NCBI GenBank assembly: GCA_965248265.1
Contig: CBDFJF010000001.1
Coordinates: 1,568,001 to 1,632,000, forward strand
Length of the DNA: 64,000 bases
Reading direction: 5' to 3'
From: Candidatus Latescibacterota bacterium
Lineage (GTDB): Bacteria; Latescibacterota; UBA2968; UBA8231
The number at the start of each line of letters is the position of its first letter. Within the stretch, counting starts at the first letter, position 1. A program made the translations under genes and the position numbers. Below the pieces are notes generated by a model. That model had not been told where the DNA came from and made no database searches. It saw nothing but the letters and a program-made list of their open reading frames with translations. This document shows positions 26,814-34,407 of the stretch, one piece after another.

Positions 26814-27277
26814 ACCGACAGAATGTGACCTGTGGCCCGCTTTACCGGCGTGTCCGCGAACTCTTCACCGGTGACGCCCCCGAACTCAATCGCGCCTTCG
26901 CGCAGGGATTCACGGCCGGCGAGGCTGAGAAAGTCTATCTCGGCGCCTGCAAGGCTGCCATGTTCCGCCCGACATCGTCGATTGGCCGCGAGCTGCTACG
27001 CTCCTGGGTATCAGACATTTGCGGCGTGTACGGGCTTTGCTGGACCACACTGGAGTATGTGGACCCGAGTCGTGATGGCGAGGCGGTATACGAGTTGTGG
27101 ATCTGTCGGGACAACGATGCCGTCGATGCCGTCGAGTCAACAACCGCCATCGAAGTCAACAGTCTCTCCTGGCATCACTGGCGGGGGCTGCTGACAGGTG
27201 TGGCTGATGGCGAAATCGACCTCCACTTCCACGAGCGCCAGAGCGCTGGAGACATCGACGGAACATTGGCGGACTAA
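26810..27277 (+). CDS. Hypothetical phage protein
   Basis: ATGA-coupled; stop lies inside site S4. Confidence 0.6.
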   Translation: MNRQNVTCGPLYRRVRELFTGDAPELNRAFAQGFTAGEAEKVYLGACKAAMFRPTSSIGRELLRSWVSDICGVYGLCWTTLEYVDPSRDGEAVYELWICRDNDAVDAVESTTAIEVNSLSWHHWRGLLTGVADGEIDLHFHERQSAGDIDGTLAD

Positions 27278-27306
27278 CGATAAGAAACCTACTGAGGAGT
27301 CAACGG

Positions 27307-27693
27307 ATGGGCGACGAATGGGAGAGAGCGAAGCCAACCGGGTGCCCTTTTCTGCGGTATCTCGACGCATACCCGATAGGCAACTGGGTTTCAAGGGGTG
27401 AGCCTCCATGCAGACAGAAGATTTGCGGGAAGGATAGTTGCTACCAGTACGGGCGCTCCTACAGAGACCGAGAGCGACTTCTGGTTCTCCCAGTTGGGAC
27501 GCTGATGTTCAAGCTCTCTCCAGAGCTGGGTGACGGACAAAGCAGCTCGATTGTGAAGAACATCGATCACGCCATCGAGGCGGTACGTGCGTGGATGGAG
27601 GACAGGAAGCACGGCGATGACATCGGCGAAGAATGCCAAATCGAGTGCGTGGAGATGACGGAAGCCGAGATTGCGGCTCTGCCTGAGCTATGA
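27307..27693 (+). CDS. Hypothetical phage protein
   Basis: SD supplied by site S4. Confidence 0.55.
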   Translation: MGDEWERAKPTGCPFLRYLDAYPIGNWVSRGEPPCRQKICGKDSCYQYGRSYRDRERLLVLPVGTLMFKLSPELGDGQSSSIVKNIDHAIEAVRAWMEDRKHGDDIGEECQIECVEMTEAEIAALPEL

Positions 27694-27971
27694 GAATCCG
27701 CCCGCTCTTTGCCTGGTACGACATCTGGATCGGAGCGTTCTGGGACAGGTCCAACCAGCGGCTCTACCTGTTCCCGTTGCCCATGATTGGGCTGAGGATT
27801 GATTTCAGAGGGGAGTCAACGATCATGGAGGACAACTGGGAAACGACGTGCCCAAACCGCGATGACGGTCAGCACTGCAACTGCTGGTATGATGGCGAGC
27901 CGTGCTGTGCCTGTGGCGATGACTGCGAAGAAGACAGGCAAGACGAAAATTGCTTTGCGGACGCACGATAA
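27690..27971 (+). CDS. Hypothetical protein, apparent fusion of two mini-genes
   Basis: Hydrophobic [13 protein letters not shown] part plus Cys-rich part, joined over a GGGAGTCAACG half-site; stop lies inside site S5. Confidence 0.55.
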   Translation: MRIRPLFAWYDIWIGAFWDRSNQRLYLFPLPMIGLRIDFRGESTIMEDNWETTCPNRDDGQHCNCWYDGEPCCACGDDCEEDRQDENCFADAR

Positions 27972-28005
27972 TTCCGATTACTGGGAGTCAATCGAACGAG
28001 AGGAC

Positions 28006-28212
28006 ATGAAATCTTGCTACCTCCATTTCAGGGGGACGGCACAGCCCCCACTTGAGATCAGCGCGACGGACGCTGCCACGATCATCAGATGCAACTATGC
28101 CTCGGTGGAAGCCGTTGAGCTGATGGAGGAGCGGCTTCGCGAAGGCAAGCGAGTGTATGTCGAGAGCGGGCACATCCGCCTGCATAGCTTCACACTCATT
28201 CACAGCAATTGA
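28006..28212 (+). CDS. Hypothetical protein, paralog of 31168..31356
   Basis: LHFRG...ATDAATIIRCNYAS...MEERLREGKRVYV. Confidence 0.65.
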   Translation: MKSCYLHFRGTAQPPLEISATDAATIIRCNYASVEAVELMEERLREGKRVYVESGHIRLHSFTLIHSN

Positions 28213-28221
28213 GGAGATCCT

Positions 28222-28419
28222 ATGAGCGGGAATAGCAAGGAGCGGCGCAGGCTCAATCGCCTGACGAACGGGCTTCTTCCGAGACTCAATGAGTTGGAGG
28301 AGGAGGTGGAGTATCTACGGGAGGACACAGCGTATCTCGAAAGGGGTATTCACCAGTTCTCAGCTGGGGGTTGGTCTGTATTTTGGCGATGGCTCTGGAG
28401 TGGCTTCTCCTGGAAGTGA
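28222..28419 (+). CDS. Hypothetical coiled-coil protein
   Basis: GAGGAG SD. Confidence 0.55.
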   Translation: MSGNSKERRRLNRLTNGLLPRLNELEEEVEYLREDTAYLERGIHQFSAGGWSVFWRWLWSGFSWK

Positions 28420-29201
28420 GCTGCGCGAGTTGTGGCGATCGAGGTTTCGTGTATGTCCAGGCTGATGAGCGAGTGGGACAAGGCCACGGCCAATTGGAGA
28501 TCTGCCGGTGTGTTCGTCCTTTGTGCCGTTGCGGAGACCAGTCTCCCTACCTCTACTGGGATGAGGAGTCCGTGCGCCGCGACTGCCCCTGTAGAGCGCC
28601 TCGGCACCGGATACAGGTAGTGAACCACCTGGTCAAGATCTCGGGAGTGCCCGACCGCTATCGCTGGAAGTTCCGCACGGACTTCCTCGACGCCGAGCAG
28701 CCAGGACTGGCCGGCAAGATCCGGGCCTCGATCGCGAAGCTTGTGGACTCCCAGGAGCCGCCGAAGCAGGGCCTGTTCCTGCATGGCACACCAGGCACCG
28801 GCAAGACGCTGTTGGCCAGCATCGTGCTCAATGAGCTGATGTACTGGAGGATGAAGCGGGGTCGGTTCGTGAACCTGGCTCGATCGCTGTTTCCTCGACT
28901 TCGGCAGACAATGTCAGAGGGGTCTCAGGAGAGCGGGAAGCTCTTCCAGATCCAGGAGCGGTTGGCCACAGTCCCCTACCTGGTGATCGACGATCTGGGG
29001 GTGCAGCGCGGGACCGAGTGGGAGGAGGAGATCCTGTACGACCTGGTCGATGCGCGGTATGCGGAGCAGCAATTCACGGTAGTTACGACGAACACGCCTC
29101 TCGATGAGATCGAAGGGATCTCGCGAGGGCGGATCTACTCACGGCTCAAGGAGATGTGCCGATGGTTGAAATTGGAAGGGACGGACTGGAGATGCGAATA
29201 G
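28416..29201 (+). CDS. DnaC/IstB-like ATPase (helicase loader)
   Basis: GTPGTGKT, LVIDDLG, VTTN and RIYSRLKEM motifs; Cys-rich N-terminus. Confidence 0.85.
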   Translation: MSCASCGDRGFVYVQADERVGQGHGQLEICRCVRPLCRCGDQSPYLYWDEESVRRDCPCRAPRHRIQVVNHLVKISGVPDRYRWKFRTDFLDAEQPGLAGKIRASIAKLVDSQEPPKQGLFLHGTPGTGKTLLASIVLNELMYWRMKRGRFVNLARSLFPRLRQTMSEGSQESGKLFQIQERLATVPYLVIDDLGVQRGTEWEEEILYDLVDARYAEQQFTVVTTNTPLDEIEGISRGRIYSRLKEMCRWLKLEGTDWRCE

Positions 29202-29434
29202 CAGAACCGTCCGATCGGGGCCGTGTGGTAGCGGTCGTAATCCCCCGCTACCTCGAAGCATGGGCACTTTTGAATCCGTTGTCGAGCATGAAGACATGGA
29301 CGATAACATGCGGTAGGTGTTCCCACTCTTGGCGAGAAAAAGTCCCGCTTGTCAGGGTCTGTTCGGCTGTGTGCCCGTGCTGCAGGACGCAGAACCGATG
29401 GGAACTTATCCTTGAGGAAGACTCGGAGGCTTGA
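29192..29434 (+). CDS. Small zinc-ribbon protein
   Basis: CGRC...CPCC. Confidence 0.5.
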   Translation: MRIAEPSDRGRVVAVVIPRYLEAWALLNPLSSMKTWTITCGRCSHSWREKVPLVRVCSAVCPCCRTQNRWELILEEDSEA

Positions 29435-30267
29435 TCTCTTGCTGAGTGAGTCCTTCGAAGTACTCTGCACTGTTATCAGACTCGTCTACTATCATCACGT
29501 TCACCTCGGCCCTATCTGGCGAGACGATCAGGTAAGCCTGTCCGTGAGTTACTGGATCTGCCGCCCCGGTCTGTTTGGTACAGACACACTCCTGAGCGCG
29601 CCTCTTATTGCTGAGTGGGGCCAGGATGCGGTAGCAAACTGCTGGCGTCGGCCATGTGGGGAAAAGATTCCAAGCTGCAAATTCATCCGCGTGCAGATTC
29701 GCAGACAGACTCGCCCAAGTCCCAAAAGGTTCGGGGTGATTAGTGTCGCTGTCCAAGAAACCATCCACATATTTCATGAAAAAACGGTGTCTGCGCGCGG
29801 CTTCAGCATCAACTTTCTCGCTAAGCTCCTTCTGGGATCTCCGCTTTGCGCGAAGGTCTACCATCGTTCCCGCGACATTTTCATGGACGTCTTCTGCGCG
29901 CCTGGCTTTGTCCAACCACCCCTGTGCTTGGTCAAGAAGATCTGCACTGATGAGTGTCTTCGCCAGGTTAGACATTGCCAGCGTATTTCCAGCGTTGGCC
30001 GCCTTTTCGTAGTGCCCTATGGCGAGAGATTCCAGTCCGATCTTGTCGCAGCAGACACCCAAATTATTGATCGCCAGGTCGTAGTCGGGCCGAAAACTCA
30101 AACATTTCGTGTAGTGAAGCCGGCTGACCTCCGATTGGCCCGCGCGATAATAGGCAAAGGCTGAGGCAAAGCGAATGTCTACATCGTTCGGTGTAATCTC
30201 TAGGATCTTCTCAAGAATAAGCGCCAGAGCGCCGGAGATCTGGACGGTAACCTTGAAACCGTTGAGT
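29406..30267 (-). pseudogene. 5'-truncated TPR/Sel1-repeat protein gene, inverted
   Basis: TPR-like frame (LEKILEITPNDVDIRFASAFAY..., AINNLGVC, AMSNLA) continues upstream of 30101 with no start codon until a stop at ~30268. Confidence 0.6.
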
Positions 30268-30307
30268 CACTGTAATGCCTCAAAACGATAGTCAAAAGGT
30301 GCCAACC

Positions 30308-30550
30308 ATGGATAAAAAAAAGATGCCGTATCAGGCCCTCGTCTTTCCTGAGTTTGGGGACGGAGAATTTGCAATCCAAACAGGGCGGCGACTCGGGATG
30401 GTCAAATCGGATTACACCGACGACTGGTATATCTCATGGTCGCCTCGCAATTCAAATAACAACGCCGAGGGGGTGTGGTCAGAGTGGGTTGAGTTGGCGA
30501 ATGCAATCATTGCTGAGGATGAACGCCGCAAGGCGGATACTACCAAATAA
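30308..30550 (+). CDS. Hypothetical protein between sites S6 and S7
   Basis: Stop TAA is the end of the S7 left arm. Confidence 0.6.
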   Translation: MDKKKMPYQALVFPEFGDGEFAIQTGRRLGMVKSDYTDDWYISWSPRNSNNNAEGVWSEWVELANAIIAEDERRKADTTK

Positions 30551-30572
30551 TGCCTCTTATCGGGAGTAAGAA

Positions 30573-30725
30573 ATGTATTTCAGTTTAGAGTTTATTCAGT
30601 GCGACGGCTGCGGAGAAAGAGTAGAGGAAATGGGGGAATTGAAGTTCGGAGAAGTGCCGGATGATTGGCTCAAGGTAAGCGAACGAGAACATCACTGCCC
30701 CGAGTGTAAAACAGAGACTGACTAA
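30573..30725 (+). CDS. 50-aa zinc-ribbon protein between sites S7 and S8
   Basis: Manually read MYFSLEFIQCDGCG...HHCPECKTETD; SD from S7, stop in S8. Confidence 0.6.
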   Translation: MYFSLEFIQCDGCGERVEEMGELKFGEVPDDWLKVSEREHHCPECKTETD

Positions 30726-30754
30726 CGATAATCCTCGTACTACGGAGTAGATGA

Positions 30755-31171
30755 ATGAGTGAACTGCCCTACGCTGAGGACGTGAACTACTGGAAGACAG
30801 GATCGTCGTCCCCGGACTCATGGATCGCGAAGGCGATAAAGCAGATCGAGGACGTGGGCGGCGAGATCACGGCAGAGGGCTTTGGTCGCGCGGCTGGACA
30901 CTCGGCCTACATGCTGGGCTTTGTGTTCGACCAGGAGGCGTTCAAGATCACCTGGCCTGTACTGGAGTCGCACAAGGGCGAGGAAATGGCCGCGCGCCGG
31001 CAGGCGGCGACGTTTCTCTATCACGACGTGAAGGCACGGTGCATGGTGGTGAAGATCAAAACGCCGAGGGTGGCGTTTTTCGAGTACCTGCAGCTGCCAG
31101 ACGGCCGGTCCGCTGGGCAGCTGGCAAACCCCGAGCTGTTGGCCAATGTGCCGAAGATGCTGACAACATGA
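30755..31171 (+). CDS. Conserved-looking hypothetical phage protein
   Basis: SD supplied by S8; RRQAA..LYHDVKAR and AFFEYL.LPDGR patterns. Confidence 0.65.
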   Translation: MSELPYAEDVNYWKTGSSSPDSWIAKAIKQIEDVGGEITAEGFGRAAGHSAYMLGFVFDQEAFKITWPVLESHKGEEMAARRQAATFLYHDVKARCMVVKIKTPRVAFFEYLQLPDGRSAGQLANPELLANVPKMLTT

Positions 31172-31356
31172 ACTACATCCTCCACTTCAAGGGGCCACCG
31201 CAGCCGGCAGAGCAGGTCAACGCCACTGACGCGGCCAAGATCATCCGCAGCAACTTCGCCTCCAGGGAGGAGATCAAGGTGATGGAGGAGCGACTACAGG
31301 CAGGAAAACGAGTCTACGTCCGCAACGGGTATTTGCGGCGTGGGGATCTGAACTGA
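31168..31356 (+). CDS. Hypothetical protein, paralog of 28006..28212
   Basis: LHFKG...ATDAAKIIRSNFAS...MEERLQAGKRVYV. Confidence 0.65.
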   Translation: MNYILHFKGPPQPAEQVNATDAAKIIRSNFASREEIKVMEERLQAGKRVYVRNGYLRRGDLN

Positions 31357-31368
31357 AAGGAGGAGCAC

Positions 31369-31539
31369 ATGCCCAAGTATCACACCACAAAGCAAGTTGC
31401 CGACATGCTCGAGGTGACCGATCGGTACGTTCGGAAGATGGTGATCGAGAAGAAGCTGACTGCGTTCAGGCTCGGCCACCGGGTGCGCATACCTACCGAA
31501 GCAGTTGAGAAATTCATGCGAGAGCGCAAGATCGCATGA
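31369..31539 (+). CDS. xis: Excisionase (HTH_17/MerR-like)
   Basis: Manually read MPKYHTTKQVADMLEVTDRYVRKMV...AFRLGHRVRIP; AGGAGG SD; overlaps the integrase start. Confidence 0.85.
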   Translation: MPKYHTTKQVADMLEVTDRYVRKMVIEKKLTAFRLGHRVRIPTEAVEKFMRERKIA

Positions 31540-32696
31540 AAGGGAGCATAACCCGGCGCCAACTCAAGGGCGGCCTGCAGTACTACATCGTCTACGACGC
31601 TGGCCGGAAGTGGTCGTCGAAAAAGCAGAAAACCGTTCGTAATCAGCAATGGGAGCGTGTCGAGCCAAACACTCGGACGGCTGCACAGAAGCTGCTCAAC
31701 ATCCGCCTGGCGGAAGTCCAACGGGGCGAATGGCAGGGTAAGCAGAGCATCGGTTTCACCGAGCTCACCCAGTCATGGATGGAGAAGGACGCACGGCCGC
31801 GACTCAAGCCACAATCGCTGGACCGCTACCAACAATTCCTCCGGCTGCACATCCTGCCCGTCCTCGGCCAGTACCAGGCGCACGAGATTGACCTTGAGAT
31901 TCTACAGGGGTTTACTGCGGTGTTGCTACAGGAGCTCTCGGTGTCTCACGTCAAATCAATCGTGGCTGTCACGAGAGCCATCCTGCGCAAGGGGTACGAA
32001 TGGGGATACGTCAAAGCCAACCCGGCTGACATGCGCATTTCCTACCCGCGTCACACGCCGAAGAAGATCGATCCGCTGACTCCCGAGGAAATCCACGCTC
32101 TGCTGGCCCAAGCGTCCCAGAAGTGGTGTGCAGTCCTCGTAGTGGCGATCTGGACCGGTTTGCGCGTGGGCGAGATCCAGGCCATGAAGTGGAACAATCT
32201 TGATTGGAAGGCTTCGGAGTACTATGTGGAGGAGAACCTGACTCGACGGCGGGGGTTCGGAGATCCCAAGACGCCGTCAGCAGCCTCCTCGGTGCTTCTG
32301 TCGCCCTTCGTCATCGATACCCTGCGACAGCACAAACAGCGTCAGGCAGCGCTCAAACTGGCTCAGGGAAGTGATTACAAGGACGCAGGATTTATCTTCA
32401 CAACCGATCAGGGCGGGCCCTATGGCTACAATCAGATCACCAAATGGGGCCTGGAACGCACGCTCGAAGACGCCGGTCTGCGCCGCATCACATTCCACCA
32501 GCTACGCCACACCTGTGCCTCGCTGCTGATCTCCAAAGGAGCCAACATCAAGTCAGTGCAGAGGCAGCTGCGGCACGCCACCATCAAGCAGACGCTCGAT
32601 ACCTACGCCCATCTGTACCCGGACGATCACGCCGAAGCGGTACGGGCAATGGACAGCTATGTATGGGGGAAGGCCGCTCAGCTAACAAATATCTAA
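31536..32696 (+). CDS. int: Tyrosine recombinase, prophage integrase
   Basis: TGLRVGEI, PKT, FHQLRHT and RH...TLDTYAH catalytic motifs; N-terminal arm-binding-type domain. Confidence 0.95.
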   Translation: MKGSITRRQLKGGLQYYIVYDAGRKWSSKKQKTVRNQQWERVEPNTRTAAQKLLNIRLAEVQRGEWQGKQSIGFTELTQSWMEKDARPRLKPQSLDRYQQFLRLHILPVLGQYQAHEIDLEILQGFTAVLLQELSVSHVKSIVAVTRAILRKGYEWGYVKANPADMRISYPRHTPKKIDPLTPEEIHALLAQASQKWCAVLVVAIWTGLRVGEIQAMKWNNLDWKASEYYVEENLTRRRGFGDPKTPSAASSVLLSPFVIDTLRQHKQRQAALKLAQGSDYKDAGFIFTTDQGGPYGYNQITKWGLERTLEDAGLRRITFHQLRHTCASLLISKGANIKSVQRQLRHATIKQTLDTYAHLYPDDHAEAVRAMDSYVWGKAAQLTNI

Positions 32697-32831
32697 CAAG
32701 TTCCGCAAAACGACTACCTGTTCATACCAACAGAGGAACAGGCGACATGAAAACCTCAGAGAGAAATGTCACAGGTTCCGCAATCATACGCTCTATTCAT
32801 ACCCCGACAGTAGGTCCGTTTCTGTCTCATC

Positions 32832-32860
32832 TTGACTGTCTCCTAGGCTCCATGTACACT
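32832..32860 (+). promoter_or_regulatory. Host sigma70-type promoter
   Basis: TTGACT-N17-TACACT, 40 nt upstream of the ATG at 32901. Confidence 0.6.
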
Positions 32861-32900
32861 CGCGCACTAGAAATCTATACCACTCAAGGAGAGGACTCCA

Positions 32901-33599
32901 ATGCGCGTACTAGTGACCGGCTCGGCCGGCAACATCGGACAACACCTGATAACCCACCTCAAGGACAAGCACGAGTTCCGCGGCCTGGACGTGAATCCCA
33001 CAGCCCAGCTCGACGACTACGTGGTCGCCAACGTCAACGACTGGGAGGCCGTCAACCATGCCTCCACAGACATGGATGCGACCATCCACTTGAGCAACTG
33101 TGGTGGGCAGTGGGAGCAGGCACTGCAGTCGATGATCGGTACCCGCCACGTGTTTGAGGCGGCCTTGGAGCACGGGGGCAAGCGCATCGTCTTCGCCAGC
33201 CGTGGCGGCGTCCATCCATCAGCCGTCATTCCGCGCAGCGTCACCCGCACGGCCGACCTGCTGACCCACCCTGACAGTTACTACACCATCACCAAGGTCT
33301 TCGGGGAAGCCATGGGCGACATGTTCTCGTCCAAGCACGGATTCGGCGTCGTCTCGGTCCGTATCGGCAACTTCAACAAGGACCGGCCGGAGCCGGAACA
33401 CCCCCATCAGTTGGGTCACGACGACTGCGTTCGGCTCTTCGATGCGGCGTTGACGGCCAAAGACATCGGCCACGAGCGCGTGTTCGGCGTCTCGGACAGC
33501 AACTGGCCCTTGTATGACATCGAACACGGCCGCAAGGCCATCGGCTACGATCCGCAGCAACGCTCTGAGGTCGCTCAGGACGTCATCGACGCCGGCTAG
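32901..33599 (+). CDS. NAD-dependent epimerase/dehydratase (uronate dehydrogenase-like)
   Basis: VTGSAGNIG, YTITKVFGE and VRIG motifs. Confidence 0.85.
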   Translation: MRVLVTGSAGNIGQHLITHLKDKHEFRGLDVNPTAQLDDYVVANVNDWEAVNHASTDMDATIHLSNCGGQWEQALQSMIGTRHVFEAALEHGGKRIVFASRGGVHPSAVIPRSVTRTADLLTHPDSYYTITKVFGEAMGDMFSSKHGFGVVSVRIGNFNKDRPEPEHPHQLGHDDCVRLFDAALTAKDIGHERVFGVSDSNWPLYDIEHGRKAIGYDPQQRSEVAQDVIDAG

Positions 33600-33654
33600 A
33601 CCTGAAGCACCCCCGCATCATGGAGGCGGCGCGCATCGATTACAAGCGCGTCGC

Positions 33655-34407
33655 CTACTTCCCCTGGTCCTTCCTCCACTGGTCGTATTCCGGACGCGCC
33701 TCTTCCGACAGAGGATAGTACCTGGACAGGTGTCCACCTGCCAGTAGTCTCTCGCGCGAGAACTCCTCCCACTCTGCATGAGTCGTGGCCGTTTCTATCA
33801 ACTCTGGAGCCATTTGAACCGGCACCACCACGACACCATCGTCGTCGGCAACGATGATATCGCCTGGCATCACGAGTGTGTCATTGCATGCGATCGGCAC
33901 GTTCACGGCGTGCGGATAGATGTCAGTCTGGGTATGAAAGTTGGGCGTCACGCCGCGCAGCCACAGACCCAGGTCGAGATCGGCCATGACAATCGGGTAG
34001 TCGCGGATGCAGCCGTCAATGACAACACCTACTCCTCCACGTCCCTGGAAGAACGTCAGCATCATGTTGCCGAAAATGCCGCTCTTCATCGATCCTCTGG
34101 CGTCGACGACGACGACATCACCCGGTTGGGTGTGGTACAGCACGTGGCGGTGCAGCTGCCTTTCCGGATCGGCGTACTCGTCCTCCTCGTAAACATCCTC
34201 GCGCTGCGGCAGACAGTGCAGTGTCAACGCGGGCCCCGCAACACACTTCCCCGGTGAATGGGCGACTGGACCCAGGATGTACGGGTCCTGGATGCCGAGG
34301 CGCTTGAGCTCACCTGCCGCTGTGGCACTGCCGATCTCCCTCAACTGCTCGACAAGCTCCTTCGGTGGACGCCCGATATCCGGTGTATCTGTTTGACCAT
34401 CATTCAT
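33655..34407 (-). CDS. RraA/HMG aldolase family protein
   Basis: AGPALT, DGCIRD and PGDIIVADDDGVVVVP motifs. Confidence 0.85.
   Translation of the reverse strand: MNDGQTDTPDIGRPPKELVEQLREIGSATAAGELKRLGIQDPYILGPVAHSPGKCVAGPALTLHCLPQREDVYEEDEYADPERQLHRHVLYHTQPGDVVVVDARGSMKSGIFGNMMLTFFQGRGGVGVVIDGCIRDYPIVMADLDLGLWLRGVTPNFHTQTDIYPHAVNVPIACNDTLVMPGDIIVADDDGVVVVPVQMAPELIETATTHAEWEEFSRERLLAGGHLSRYYPLSEEARPEYDQWRKDQGK

Larger units (their letters stand above)
25190..30751 (+). repeat. Array of eight direct-repeat dif-like 11-6-11 sites at gene junctions
   Basis: Cores start at 25193, 26155, 26522, 27273, 27961, 30265, 30540 and 30721; sequences are listed in the first finding. Confidence 0.8.
1..32750. 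mobile_element. Prophage (temperate, podovirus-like), right part; left end outside the window, right end just after the integrase
   Basis: Contiguous terminase/portal/scaffold/capsid genes, replication and recombination genes, excisionase and tyrosine integrase, followed abruptly by host metabolic genes. The exact att core was not identified. Confidence 0.93.

Noticed and set aside
29389-29416. TTATCCTTGAG as an inverted site at the TPR gene 3' end
   Set aside because: The partner arm lacks the TAA edge; too degenerate to call.
25190-30751. Junction sites as classical integron attC sites
   Set aside because: They lack RYYYAAC...GTTRRRY ends and long hairpins, and the integrase looks like an arm-binding phage type rather than IntI.
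1-32696. Stop-codon reassignment in the prophage
   Set aside because: Core phage genes are full length in the standard code, and the tRNA is not a suppressor.
32795-32810. TTCATACCCCG as a tRNA-Met remnant (att in a tRNA)
   Set aside because: No T-arm or acceptor sequence follows or precedes it.
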